From assembly GCA_963716565.1 (NCBI GenBank), contig OY970318.1, positions 830 through 64,829 of the forward strand: 64,000 bases of DNA. Direction: 5' to 3'. The notes under the pieces were generated by a model that had not been told where the DNA came from, searched no databases, and saw nothing but the letters and a program-made list of their open reading frames with translations. A program made the translations under genes and the position numbers. Positions 27,190-38,962 of this stretch are shown piece by piece (within the stretch, counting starts at the first letter, position 1; the number at the start of each line of letters is the position of its first letter). This DNA is from an uncultured Candidatus Saccharibacteria bacterium. Its GTDB lineage: Bacteria > Patescibacteriota > Saccharimonadia > Saccharimonadales > CAIOMD01.

Positions 27190-27759
27190 GTGCAAAAAAT
27201 TCATTTAAAGCTATTTAGCTTGCTGGCGGTTATGGCTTTTGTTGTTTTAGCTGTAGCACCAGTTTTAGCTGTAGCACAACAACAGGGCAATGATAGCGCT
27301 GGTTCAGATAACAGCCAAAATGTCACAGGCTCGGGCAGTGATAACGCTCAAGGCAATCGTTTGCAGGGCGAAAATCTAACAAAATGCCAAAATAAAGAAA
27401 CGCAAATTAATAACTATATGTTGCGCATTACTAATCGTGCTGAGTTGCAATACAACTTGTTTGGTACGATAGCCCAGCGCGTGCAGGCTTACTACCAAAA
27501 CAATAACTTGTCTTTAGGCAACTATAACGACTTGGTCTCTGCCGTAAATGCTACCCAGGTACAGGCTCAAAACACTTTTAGAGCTATGGAGCAAAACGGC
27601 GGTGCCTTTAATTGTGATAGCGACGATCCGCATGCCTATGCCAACCAATTTAGGAATAGCTTTAACAGTGCCGTAGATGGACTACAAGCTTATAAAAACG
27701 CAGTGCGCAACTTATTAGTGGCGGTACAAACAGTTGCCGAGGAGGCTAGTGATGAATAA
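27190..27759 (+). CDS. Secreted hypothetical protein (189 aa)
   Basis: AAGGAG precedes GTG 27190. The signal-peptide-like N-terminus is LLAVMAFVVLAVAPVLAVAQQ. Confidence 0.6.
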   Translation: MQKIHLKLFSLLAVMAFVVLAVAPVLAVAQQQGNDSAGSDNSQNVTGSGSDNAQGNRLQGENLTKCQNKETQINNYMLRITNRAELQYNLFGTIAQRVQAYYQNNNLSLGNYNDLVSAVNATQVQAQNTFRAMEQNGGAFNCDSDDPHAYANQFRNSFNSAVDGLQAYKNAVRNLLVAVQTVAEEASDE

Positions 27760-28051
27760 ATTAAAACAAGCCGGCTTTTCGGTAGTCGAAATAGCTTTAG
27801 TTATCGTGCTTTTGGGTATAGTTGGTTTTGTGGGATATAGAGTCTACGACGCCAATCGTGATGATAGTACAACCGCAGAAACAACAACGCCTACTGTCGA
27901 CCCAGCGGCTGCAACCGACGTTGGCACAGCGCCCGCAGTCGAAACGGCCAGTGATTTAGGGGAGGCACTAGAAGTGCTAGAGGCTACTGACCCATCTGGT
28001 AGTAATGTGACCGACGCTGACGCTATCGACAGCGACGTCGCCGGATTCTAG
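27752..28051 (+). CDS. Type IV pilin-like protein (prepilin N-terminal cleavage/methylation motif)
   Basis: MNKLKQAG/FSVVEIALVIVLLGIVGFVGY has the G-F junction with Glu at +5. A GAGGAGG lies 6 nt upstream of ATG 27752. The ORF-track start at 27734 is rejected. Confidence 0.8.
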   Translation: MNKLKQAGFSVVEIALVIVLLGIVGFVGYRVYDANRDDSTTAETTTPTVDPAAATDVGTAPAVETASDLGEALEVLEATDPSGSNVTDADAIDSDVAGF

Positions 28052-28069
28052 AATATAGCATTTTGTAAT

Positions 28070-28103
28070 AAGAAGAGCTGACAAAAAACAGCTCTTCTTT
28101 TGG
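28070..28103 (+). terminator. Intrinsic terminator after the pilin gene
   Basis: AAGAAGAGCTG-acaaaaaa-CAGCTCTTCTT forms the hairpin and is followed by TTTGG. Confidence 0.8.
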
Positions 28104-28108
28104 TTTGC

Positions 28109-28155
28109 CTATCGTCTATCATCCATCGTCCAACGTCCATTTAATCTGGTACAAT
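28109..28155 (+). promoter_or_regulatory. Five phased heptamers plus an extended -10 (TGgTACAAT) upstream of metG
   Basis: The heptamers ctatcgt ctatcat ccatcgt ccaacgt ccattta are followed by atc and TGGTACAAT (28147-28155). The ATG lies 9 nt downstream. Confidence 0.6.
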
Positions 28156-28164
28156 AGATACGCA

Positions 28165-29616
28165 ATGAGCAAGTATTATATAACCACTTCTATACCCTAT
28201 GTTAACGATCAACCGCATCTAGGCCATGCTATGGAATATGTCTACGCCGATGTATTAGCTCGTTATCATCGCAAACTTGGCGACAATGTACTTTTTAGTA
28301 CTGGCGCCGATGAGCACGGCAGTAAAATTGCCCTAAAGGCCAAAGAGTTGGGCGTTACTCCAAAAGAGCTAACCGAAAAGAATGTGGCTGGTTTTGTAAA
28401 ACTGCTTAAAAAATTAGATATTACCAACGACCGGTTTATTCGTACTAGCGATAAAGCCCACCAACAGCGGGTCCAGATGATCTGGGCAAAACTAAAAAAA
28501 GATATTTACAAGAATAAGTATATTGGCTTGTATTGTGTAGGTTGCGAAGAATTTGTTACCGAAACAACCGCTAAAGAGCATAAGAATGTCTGCCCGGTCC
28601 ATCAGAAACCTTACGAAAAACTAGAAGAAGAAAATTACTTTTTTGCCCTAAGTCGTTACAGCGAGGCAATCAAAGCGGCTATTAAGAGTGATTCGTTGCA
28701 CGTTATACCCAAGACTCGCAAAAATGAAATACTAAGCCTAATAGACAGTGGCTTAGATGATATAAGCATTTCTAGGCCGGTAGATAAACTAGCCTGGGGC
28801 GTTAAGGTTCCCGGTGATGACAAGCAAATAATGTATGTTTGGTTCGAAGCCTTACTAAACTATATAACGGTTCTCGGCTACCCAGAACATGAAGATTTTG
28901 CCAGCTACTGGCCAGCCAGCATACAAGTTATTGGTAAAGACATTTTGCGTTTTCATGCTGCCATTTGGCCCGGTATTCTTTTGGCCCTAGACCAACACTT
29001 GCCCAAACAGCTATACGTACACGGTTTTGTGAACGTAAATGGCCAAAAGATGAGCAAAAGCGCGGGTAATGGCGTAGACCCTAACGAAGTTATTGCCAAA
29101 TACGGTAGCGATGCCTTTCGCTACTTCTTTATGCGCCACATTCCCAGCTACGAAGACGGCGACTTTACTTGGGAACTAATGGAAAAAGCTTACAACAACG
29201 AACTAGCCAATGAATTAGGCAATGCAGTTGGGCGCGTAGCCGCCATGGTTAATAAGTACCAGAACAATATTGTTGGCACTATTCCAGAAGCCGGCCATGA
29301 CATTCATGAATACCAAGACGCTCTAGAAAAATGTCGTTTCGATAAAGCTTTAGACGAAGTCTGGGAGCAAGTGCGCGGTGTGAATCAGTACATCGACACC
29401 GAAAAGCCATGGGTTATTGCAAAAAGTGGCGATGAGCCTCATTTGCGGGAAGTGCTAGCTTATGCCGTTAGTTGTCTGCTAGAAATTGCCGACTTACTAG
29501 AACCATTTATGCCCACCGCCTCCAAGAAGATTAACTACCTGTTTAAAGAGGGTGTTATTAGGCCCTTGGATGGCTCATTATTTCCTAAAGAAGAAGTTAC
29601 TAACACTGCAAAATAA
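28165..29616 (+). CDS. metG: Methionyl-tRNA synthetase
   Basis: MSKYYITTSIPYVNDQPHLGHAMEY carries the HIGH-type motif and KMSKS is present. A Zn-knuckle CVGCEEF...CPVH is present. The start is placed at ATG 28165, in frame with the track's TTG at 28105. Confidence 0.9.
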   Translation: MSKYYITTSIPYVNDQPHLGHAMEYVYADVLARYHRKLGDNVLFSTGADEHGSKIALKAKELGVTPKELTEKNVAGFVKLLKKLDITNDRFIRTSDKAHQQRVQMIWAKLKKDIYKNKYIGLYCVGCEEFVTETTAKEHKNVCPVHQKPYEKLEEENYFFALSRYSEAIKAAIKSDSLHVIPKTRKNEILSLIDSGLDDISISRPVDKLAWGVKVPGDDKQIMYVWFEALLNYITVLGYPEHEDFASYWPASIQVIGKDILRFHAAIWPGILLALDQHLPKQLYVHGFVNVNGQKMSKSAGNGVDPNEVIAKYGSDAFRYFFMRHIPSYEDGDFTWELMEKAYNNELANELGNAVGRVAAMVNKYQNNIVGTIPEAGHDIHEYQDALEKCRFDKALDEVWEQVRGVNQYIDTEKPWVIAKSGDEPHLREVLAYAVSCLLEIADLLEPFMPTASKKINYLFKEGVIRPLDGSLFPKEEVTNTAK

Positions 29617-30377
29617 TGTTGGAACTTGTCGATACCCATTGCCATCTGCAATTTCCGCAGTATAAGTTGGAAGTCGAAGACGTTACAAGCCGGGCATTCG
29701 ATAGTGGCGTAAATCGTTTGATAACAGTGGGCACTAATGGCCAAGACAGCCAAGAAGCAGTTAATCTGGCAGAATCTAACGAACATGTTTGGGCAACCGT
29801 TGGGATACATCCTCACGATGCCAATAACTGGCAAGATCAAAAACAAAAGCTGCAAGATTTAGTGGCTCATCCTAAGGTGGTCGCCGTTGGCGAATGTGGG
29901 CTAGATTATTATCGCAATCTCTCCGGCAAAGATAGCCAAGCTGAGGCTTTTAGGTTCCAAATTGAACTGGCTATTGAGCGTAGTTTGCCATTGGTTTTTC
30001 ATATCCGCGATGCTTACGATGATTTTTGGAAAATCGTTGACGGCTATAACGATTTAAAAGCCGTAGTCCATTGTTTTTCGGCCGGCCAAGAAGAGTTAGA
30101 TAAAGCCCTAGAGCGTGATTGGTATATTGGCCTAAATGGCATAGTGACTTTTAGTCAAAATGCCCAACAATTAGATGTTTTCAAGAACGTTCCTTTGAAT
30201 AGGCTGCTACTAGAAACCGATGCACCATTTTTGACTCCAGCGCCATTACGTGGTAAAATAAACGAACCAAAAAATGTTGTGATGGTGGCGGAATTTTTGA
30301 GCGAATTAAGGGGTGAGCCACTCGATGAACTGGCTAAAATCAGCACCGCCAACGCTCGCCAACTTTTTGGAATATAA
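29616..30377 (+). CDS. tatD: TatD-family metal-dependent hydrolase/DNase
   Basis: Motifs are VDTHCHL, GECGLDY, HCFSG-like HCFSAG and ETDAPFL. Confidence 0.85.
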   Translation: MLELVDTHCHLQFPQYKLEVEDVTSRAFDSGVNRLITVGTNGQDSQEAVNLAESNEHVWATVGIHPHDANNWQDQKQKLQDLVAHPKVVAVGECGLDYYRNLSGKDSQAEAFRFQIELAIERSLPLVFHIRDAYDDFWKIVDGYNDLKAVVHCFSAGQEELDKALERDWYIGLNGIVTFSQNAQQLDVFKNVPLNRLLLETDAPFLTPAPLRGKINEPKNVVMVAEFLSELRGEPLDELAKISTANARQLFGI

Positions 30378-30390
30378 CTTTATAAAATCA

Positions 30391-30822
30391 ATGACAAAAT
30401 TTAGCACAACTCCCCCAGAGCCGGGCGATAACTCTGCCGGTCCAGAAGAACTTTTGAGCCAACTCCGAGAAGCTCATTTTAAAAGCGACCTAGAAACAAT
30501 CAAATATGCCCTAAGAAACGTGCCTGAAGGGCCTCAAGATTCTGATCCCGCAGACGTTCAATCCCATTCTGGCTTGGCCGGTGATGTTGGTTCGGCAGAG
30601 TTAATGGCATCTAGCCGCCAAGCTATAGTCGAAATACATAAGACGTACGATTTAGGGTTAGGCGGGGTTGTAGAATTAACCAGGCCAGCCCAGGCTACTA
30701 ATAAGCCCAAAAATTCTATTACACCAATACGGCCAGCCAACGTAACCAGCATAGAAGATATTCGCAGAATCGTCGAAACGCAATGTAATTATGGCGACCG
30801 GGGCGGTGATGACGCAGCATAA
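30391..30822 (+). CDS. Hypothetical protein (143 aa)
   Basis: This is an ORF only. ATG 30391 is preferred because the track's start at 30313 overlaps tatD. Confidence 0.4.
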   Translation: MTKFSTTPPEPGDNSAGPEELLSQLREAHFKSDLETIKYALRNVPEGPQDSDPADVQSHSGLAGDVGSAELMASSRQAIVEIHKTYDLGLGGVVELTRPAQATNKPKNSITPIRPANVTSIEDIRRIVETQCNYGDRGGDDAA

Positions 30823-32017
30823 GGCCCTTAAGGGTTGTTCACTGGTTCTTAACAGCACAAAGAAGATTAGCAGATTTGCCAACTATTTTGATTACGCCGC
30901 TTCAACGCCGCTATTGCCCGAAGCAAAAACAGCTATGGAGCCGTATTTTAGTGAAAGATTTTACAACCCATCGGCTTTATATTTGGGTGCCCGTACCAAT
31001 CGCTTAGCCTTAGAAGCTTCTAGGGCCACGATAGCTAGGGGCCTAGGAGCTAAGCCAGTCGAAGTCATCTTCACCGCTGGGGGCACCGAAGCCAACAGCT
31101 TAGCTATTAGGGGTATATTAGAAGCGCGTCCAGAGTCGAAGGTATTAGTTAGTGCCATAGAACATGAATCAGTTCTGGCTCCAGCCAAACTATTTGACTG
31201 CCAGTTATTGCCGGTTGATAAAAAAGGTACAGTTAAGCTAGACGTTCTTGAAAAAGCTATTACCGATAAGGTGGCTCTAATCAGTGTGATGTATGCCAAT
31301 AATGAAATTGGTACAATTCAGCCCATTCGTGAAATTGCTCAAATCGTTAAGTTGGTAAATAAAGACCGCCAAAACAGGGGTGTGAAACCTTTATTATTTC
31401 ACACTGATGCCTGCCAGGCGGCTAATTATTTAGATATGCAAGTTAACAAACTTGGCGTTGATTTAATGACTATCAATAGTGGCAAAATATACGGGCCAAA
31501 ACAATGTGGCGCTCTATACGTAAAAAGCGGTGTTAGGCTAAAGCCATTAATTTTGGGTGGTGGCCAAGAATTTGGCTTGCGTAGCGGTACCGTCAACCTA
31601 GCTAATGTTATTGGTTTTACTGTTGCGTGGGAACTTATTAGGCAAGATTATCAAGAAGAAGCTAGGCGGTTAAGCCAGTTACGTGATGAATTTATTGAGG
31701 GCGTAAAAGGAAAGGTCCCAAGTATTGTCGTTAACGGTCCGAGCGGTCAAAATCGGTTAGCCAACAACATCAGTTTATCTTTTAAAAACGTCGATAACGA
31801 ACGGCTAGTGATGGTCTTGGATGAATGTGGCTTTCAAGTTGCTAGCGGTTCAGCTTGCTCGGCGGCTAGTGATGAACCGTCACACGTTTTACGAGCCGTT
31901 GGACTGAACAAAAACTTGAGTCGTGGTACCATTCGGATTGCTCTAGGGCGTTACAGTAACGGGACTTCTTTAAAGAATTTGTTACAGGGCTTAGTAAAAG
32001 CCGTAGCTAAAAAGTAA
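30791..32017 (+). CDS. Cysteine desulfurase (class V aminotransferase, NifS/IscS-like)
   Basis: Motifs are FDYAASTP, GGTEANSLAI, HTDACQA, INSGKIYGPK (PLP lysine) and ASGSACSA (active-site Cys loop). An alternative start is ATG 30809. Confidence 0.85.
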   Translation: MATGAVMTQHKALKGCSLVLNSTKKISRFANYFDYAASTPLLPEAKTAMEPYFSERFYNPSALYLGARTNRLALEASRATIARGLGAKPVEVIFTAGGTEANSLAIRGILEARPESKVLVSAIEHESVLAPAKLFDCQLLPVDKKGTVKLDVLEKAITDKVALISVMYANNEIGTIQPIREIAQIVKLVNKDRQNRGVKPLLFHTDACQAANYLDMQVNKLGVDLMTINSGKIYGPKQCGALYVKSGVRLKPLILGGGQEFGLRSGTVNLANVIGFTVAWELIRQDYQEEARRLSQLRDEFIEGVKGKVPSIVVNGPSGQNRLANNISLSFKNVDNERLVMVLDECGFQVASGSACSAASDEPSHVLRAVGLNKNLSRGTIRIALGRYSNGTSLKNLLQGLVKAVAKK

Positions 32018-32061
32018 GCAAAAGCGCTATACTAATCAACAGGGAGCGCATCCCTGTTGAT

Positions 32062-32889
32062 ATGAGTATAAAAATATTTTCAAAAATCTTAATTTGTCTT
32101 GCTTCATTAACGGTTTCATCAGTGACCCTGACGGCCTTGGCTCAGAACGTTACCCAAGCCTATGGTACCGATACAGTTTTAAGGCGGGGTATGATTGTTG
32201 GCCTAGACGAAGAAAATCCGCTCAAGGTCGAAACTGTTAGTTCCGAACAGTACGAACGTATGCATGGTGTGGTGGTGGGTGTTAATGACTCGGCGCTAGT
32301 GCTAGATAGCCAAACCGAAACTATTTACGTGGCTACCACCGGACGGTTCACGGTTTTAGTTAGCGACCAAAATGGCAATATTGCTATTGGCGATTACGTA
32401 ACAGTCTCGTCGGTTAGTGGAATTGGCCTAAAAGCCAACAGCTCCGATCAGGTGGTTTTAGGTAGGGCAATTGAAAGTTTTGACGGGGATGATTCAAGCC
32501 AGGTTGTCAGTACGGCTACAGAAAAAGATGCCAAAGACAACGAAAAGCAACTACGTATTGGCCAAATCTTGGTTGATATTGATGTTGGCAAAAACCCACT
32601 GCTAAAGGCCGATAACGGATTACCATCAATCTTAAAAAAGGCTAGTGAATTCATTGCCGGGCATCCAGTATCTTCGGCCAGAGTCTATATAGGTTTGGCA
32701 GTGGTTGCTATTGTTTCAATTATTTCTGGCAGTATTCTTTATAGCGGCATCAGAAGCAGCATTGTCGCAATTGACCGTAATCCACTGGGCAAAAAAGTGA
32801 TTATAAAAAGCCTGCTACAAGTAGTTATTATTAGTGCCATTATTTTCTTGAGTGGAGCGTTTGGGGTATACTTACTACTGAGATTATAG
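32062..32889 (+). CDS. Secreted-domain protein with a C-terminal two-helix hairpin reminiscent of ATP synthase subunit c (no membrane carboxylate)
   Basis: A signal peptide (ILICLASLTVSSVTLTALAQN) is followed by a soluble region of about 190 aa. The C-terminus reads VYIGLAVVAIVSIISGSILYSGIRSSIVAI-DRNP-LGKKVIIKSLLQVVIISAIIFLSGAFGVYLLL. The gene occupies the atpE position directly upstream of the b subunit gene. Confidence 0.5.
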   Translation: MSIKIFSKILICLASLTVSSVTLTALAQNVTQAYGTDTVLRRGMIVGLDEENPLKVETVSSEQYERMHGVVVGVNDSALVLDSQTETIYVATTGRFTVLVSDQNGNIAIGDYVTVSSVSGIGLKANSSDQVVLGRAIESFDGDDSSQVVSTATEKDAKDNEKQLRIGQILVDIDVGKNPLLKADNGLPSILKKASEFIAGHPVSSARVYIGLAVVAIVSIISGSILYSGIRSSIVAIDRNPLGKKVIIKSLLQVVIISAIIFLSGAFGVYLLLRL

Positions 32890-32914
32890 ATATAAACAAA
32901 GGGGGTGGCTTTAA

Positions 32915-33532
32915 ATGCAAATCTGGCAACTAGCAGTTATAATTTCTGCCACTATAGCTATAATTGCTTGGGTGCTATGGTTTGCCTTTCGCTCTAGTGG
33001 GGGCGAAAAAGCTAAGGTTCCGGCTCGGGCTTTAAGCGAGGTTGCCGAAACAGAAACCGAGCGCATATTTGATGATGAATTTCGTGAAGAATTACGTAAT
33101 CGCGGGCGATTATATTTTAAAAAGATTATTAGCGAAAACGCTATGTTCTTGCAACAAGACTTGCGCTTGACTACCAGCCAGCTCAGCGACTATATGAAAG
33201 AAGAAGTTAAGCGAACGCTGCAAGAAGAGTTTGCCAAATATACCGAATCAATCACTACTGCCAAAGACTTAGCCATAGAAACCATTCAAAAAACTCAAAC
33301 TACCATCGATCAACAGCGCCAGGCTTTAGAGAAGCAATTAAACGAAGAAGTAGCTATCGAAAAGAAGCGTACTTTAGATAACTTCGATAAAAACATGGCT
33401 GCCATTGTTAATCATTACATTATGGCTGCCATCGGCACCGAAATAGATTTAAGCAACCAGCTAGATTACATTTTTAGGCGGTTAGAAGAAAATAAAGCTG
33501 CCATATTAGAGGATATCCGTAATGGAACTTAA
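32915..33532 (+). CDS. atpF: F-type ATPase subunit b-like (N-terminal TM plus long coiled coil)
   Basis: There is one TM segment (LAVIISATIAIIAWVLWFAF) followed by a charged heptad-rich helix. The call rests on this and on operon position. Confidence 0.6.
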   Translation: MQIWQLAVIISATIAIIAWVLWFAFRSSGGEKAKVPARALSEVAETETERIFDDEFREELRNRGRLYFKKIISENAMFLQQDLRLTTSQLSDYMKEEVKRTLQEEFAKYTESITTAKDLAIETIQKTQTTIDQQRQALEKQLNEEVAIEKKRTLDNFDKNMAAIVNHYIMAAIGTEIDLSNQLDYIFRRLEENKAAILEDIRNGT

Positions 33533-34007
33533 ATTGCCGCCAGAACTAGTTACCTTAAAAGATGTTATACAGGCTCAGGGCGAGCTAAATTTATATATAG
33601 ACAAGATGATTCAAAGCGTTATGCGCCACGATAAGCCAGTGGAGTACCCAGAACTTTCTGTTGGTTTGAAGGCTTTGGTTACGCTCAACCAGATTGATTT
33701 ACACAAAGAAAACGAAGGTCGTCAGTTATTAACAAAGTTAGAAAGCCTTATTAACAAAGCGCCTCAAGTAAATGTTAGTTTTTCTGATGAACCGCCAGAA
33801 GAGGCTTTGTTAAAACTAATGGCCTGGTTCAGAAAAGAGATTAGCCCAATAATACTGTTTAAAGTTGGCATTCGCCCAAATATCGGTGCCGGTATGGTGT
33901 TGCAAACTCCCTTGCATCGCTACGATTTTTCTATTAGGCGCCACCTGATTAATCACCAAAAAGACCTGATTGAGTCCTTAAAAGGCAGTATGGTAGCTAA
34001 TCAATGA
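33522..34007 (+). CDS. atpH: F-type ATPase subunit delta (OSCP)-like
   Basis: The C-terminal pattern [10 protein letters not shown]...[32 protein letters not shown] resembles OSCP (..liGG..i..gd...D.S....L). Operon position supports the call. Confidence 0.6.
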   Translation: MELKLPPELVTLKDVIQAQGELNLYIDKMIQSVMRHDKPVEYPELSVGLKALVTLNQIDLHKENEGRQLLTKLESLINKAPQVNVSFSDEPPEEALLKLMAWFRKEISPIILFKVGIRPNIGAGMVLQTPLHRYDFSIRRHLINHQKDLIESLKGSMVANQ

Positions 34008-35424
34008 GCAAGCATTTTGACACCCTAGTCGACAGCGGCAGCCCTATTGGTGAAGTTATATCAGTCAATAAATATCTAGTCACCGTTAAGGGCTTGCATC
34101 CAGTTAATCAGAACGCTTTGGTGTTGTTCGAAGATGATTCAAAGGGCCTGGTGCGTTATATATATAATGATCACGTAGAAATTTTTCATTTAGGTAAAAA
34201 TGTATTGCGGGCTGGAGTAAAGGCAGTAGTCCAACATAATGAGCTAGTATCGAAGGTGGGCAAAAGTTTTGTTGGCCGAGTGATATCGGTATCTGGTGAG
34301 CCTTTAGACGGCAAGGGTCCAATTGCTGCCGACGATGTATGGCCGGTATTTAACCAGGCAGTGCCATTGTATGAACGCCAAGCTCTTGGCGACTTACTCG
34401 AAACTGGTATAACGGTTATTGATAGCTTGTTTCCTATCGTTAAAGGCCAAAGGATGGCCGTGCTGGGCGATAGCAAAACTGGCAAAAGTACGCTTACTAC
34501 CCAGTTAGCTATTCATCAGAAAGATAGCCAAAACGTGGTTATTTATGTATTAATCGCTAAGCGTCGAGCCGATGTAGATATGCTCATCGATCGTTTGCAA
34601 GAAGCTGATGCTTTAAAGAATACTATCGTTATAGTATCAACACTTTTTGAGTCGTTAGTGGTAAGTTATTTAGCGCCATATGTTGGTTGTGCTATGGCTG
34701 AATATTTTTGGCAAAAGCTGGGAACAGACACCATTATTATTTACGACGATTTAACAACTCACGCTATGATTTATCGGGAAATGTCACTGCTTAGTGGTAT
34801 CAGCCCTGGCCGCGACTCTTACCCGGGCGATATGTTCTATACTCACTCCAGCTTGTTAGAAAGAGCCGGCCGTTTAGCCAGCAATAGTAAAACTTTAACA
34901 AGTTTGCCGTTGGTATTAGTGCCGGGTGGCGATATTACTGCCTATTTACCGACTAATATTATGTCAATTACTGATGGTCAATGGATCATGGATATGGATA
35001 TCTTCCGTGATGGCATCAGGCCGGCCCTTAATATTGGCTTAAGCGTTACAAGGGTAGGTGGAGTTGGCCATAACGATCGTCAAAAAAAGATTGCCGGCCG
35101 AGTTATGAAAACTTTGGCGGCTTATCGCCAAGCGGCCGAATATGCCCGCTTCGGATCAGAGCTGGCTCTAGAGTCTAAAAATGCCTTAACCGTTGGATGG
35201 CGTATCAATGAATTAATCTGTCAAAAACCAGCCGAGACCTTTAGTGCCATCAATCAACAGTTAATGTTCGAAATTATTCTAGATTTAGCCGAAGGCGAAA
35301 TTTTAGATATGCCACAGCTTAAGACTTTAGTTAGCGAATATTCTGCCCAGATTGCGCCTGACGATTCCAACTACGAAGAGATTAAAGCCCTGCTTAAATC
35401 TAAGAGCCTAATGGAGATGAAGAA

Positions 35425-35428
<4 letters not shown>
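34004..35428 (+). CDS. atpA: F1 ATPase alpha subunit (474 aa, short)
   Basis: Motifs are GDSKTGKST (compare GDRQTGKT), [47 protein letters not shown] and PTN..SITDGQ. Confidence 0.9.
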
Positions 35429-37583
<2,155 letters not shown>

Positions 37584-37592
37584 GCGTCGTTT

Positions 37593-37883
37593 ATGGCTAC
37601 CCAAAACCAATCAGCTCAAACTACCCCGGTTGCGGCCAACCGTTTTCATCTAAGGGTGTATTCTCCTTTTAGGGTTTATTTTGATGGTGACGCAAACAGT
37701 GTTTCGGCTATAAATGATACTGGGCCATTTGACATATTAGCTAGACACCATAAATTCATAACGCTTCTTAATCCTTGCGATTTGGTAATCAAAACCGAAG
37801 ATCAACAGGATTTTGTTATTAGTATCACGCGCGGCATTATGCAGGTAAAAGACAGTGATGTAGTAGTGTTTTTGGACGTTTAG
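37593..37883 (+). CDS. atpC: F1 ATPase epsilon subunit-like (96 aa)
   Basis: Size and operon position fit. The N-terminal beta-sandwich-like pattern is L.V.SP.......A.SV.A....G.F.IL..H.. Confidence 0.6.
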   Translation: MATQNQSAQTTPVAANRFHLRVYSPFRVYFDGDANSVSAINDTGPFDILARHHKFITLLNPCDLVIKTEDQQDFVISITRGIMQVKDSDVVVFLDV

Positions 37884-37927
37884 CTTTCCGGCCAGAAAAT
37901 TGATGCTCATCGTCTATAATGTAGGGG

Positions 37928-38962
37928 ATGAAAACAGTTTATGTTGGTTTAAGTGGCGGAGTAGACAGTTCGGTGGCGGCCGCCTTGCTAAAAGAGCAGG
38001 GCTATCATGTGGTTGGTGCCTACATGAAAAACTGGAGCCAGAGCTTGCCTGGTTTTACTTGCCCATGGCGCGATGATTACCAAGATGCTAAGCGAGTTGC
38101 CGTGCAACTTGGCATTGATTTTGAGTTATTTGATTTCGAAAAAGACTATCGCCAAAAAGTGGTGGACTATATGATTGATGTCTTTAAGTCTGGCCAAACA
38201 CCAAATCCAGATATTATGTGCAACCAAGAGATAAAATTTAAATTGTTTTTAAATACAGCTTTAGAAAAAGGCGCCGATTTTATTGCCACCGGCCACTATG
38301 CTCGTACTAAAAACGGCCAGCTATTTAAGGCTAAAGACGACAATAAAGACCAAACTTATTTCTTATACCGAGTTACTAGCCAGGCTTTGGCTAAAACAAT
38401 TTTTCCGCTGGGCGACTTAACAAAGCCCCAAGTCCGGGAACTGGCTAAAAAATACAATTTAGTTACGGCTACCAAAAAAGAAAGTATGGGAATTTGTTTT
38501 GTTGGCAAAGTGCCAATTAAAGACTTCTTGCTAAATTATGTTAAATCAAAAACAGGGAACATTGTTGATCAATTTGGCCGTGTTATTGGCCAGCACGATG
38601 GAGCCATCTTTTATACCATCGGCCAACGGCATGGTTTAGATGTTGGCGGCGGTTTGCCATATTACGTTGTTGGCAAAGATATGAAAAAGAACGAAGTTTA
38701 TGTATCTACCCAACTTAACGATGAGAAGTTGTGGCTTAAGGAGCTGACGCTAACAGAATGGCACTGGATAAACCGGTCGCCCGTGCCCAATAAAGTCTAC
38801 GAAATCCGTACTCGGCATCGTGCTCCACTGGCTAAGGCTGTGTTTAAAGATGAATCCTTAAAAACACTAAGCCTAAAAGAGCCGGTTAGGGCAATTACTC
38901 CTGGCCAATCAGTGGTTATCTACGATGGCCAAGAAGTCCTTGGCGGTGGCATCATTATTTAG
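37928..38962 (+). CDS. mnmA: tRNA-specific 2-thiouridylase
   Basis: The PP-loop is VGLSGGVDSSVAA. Other motifs are KNW, NPDI.CN..IKF, ATGHYAR and DQTYFL. Confidence 0.9.
   Translation: MKTVYVGLSGGVDSSVAAALLKEQGYHVVGAYMKNWSQSLPGFTCPWRDDYQDAKRVAVQLGIDFELFDFEKDYRQKVVDYMIDVFKSGQTPNPDIMCNQEIKFKLFLNTALEKGADFIATGHYARTKNGQLFKAKDDNKDQTYFLYRVTSQALAKTIFPLGDLTKPQVRELAKKYNLVTATKKESMGICFVGKVPIKDFLLNYVKSKTGNIVDQFGRVIGQHDGAIFYTIGQRHGLDVGGGLPYYVVGKDMKKNEVYVSTQLNDEKLWLKELTLTEWHWINRSPVPNKVYEIRTRHRAPLAKAVFKDESLKTLSLKEPVRAITPGQSVVIYDGQEVLGGGIII

Noticed and set aside
28105-28164. Upstream TTG/GTG starts given by the ORF track for metG (28105), uvrA (53118), obg (49954), sbcB (51270), ruvX (46953), rsmA (20277) and the pilin (27734).
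   Set aside because: In each case an in-frame ATG further downstream matches the conserved N-terminus of the family. It often has an SD site or a promoter located inside the supposed extension.
32036-32060. A 9-bp hairpin, CAACAGGGA-gcgca-TCCCTGTTG, between the -10-like GCTATACT and the start of the c-like gene, considered as an attenuator or as a terminator of the desulfurase gene.
   Set aside because: No U-run follows it, and there is no alternative pairing or leader peptide. The evidence is insufficient for more than a note.
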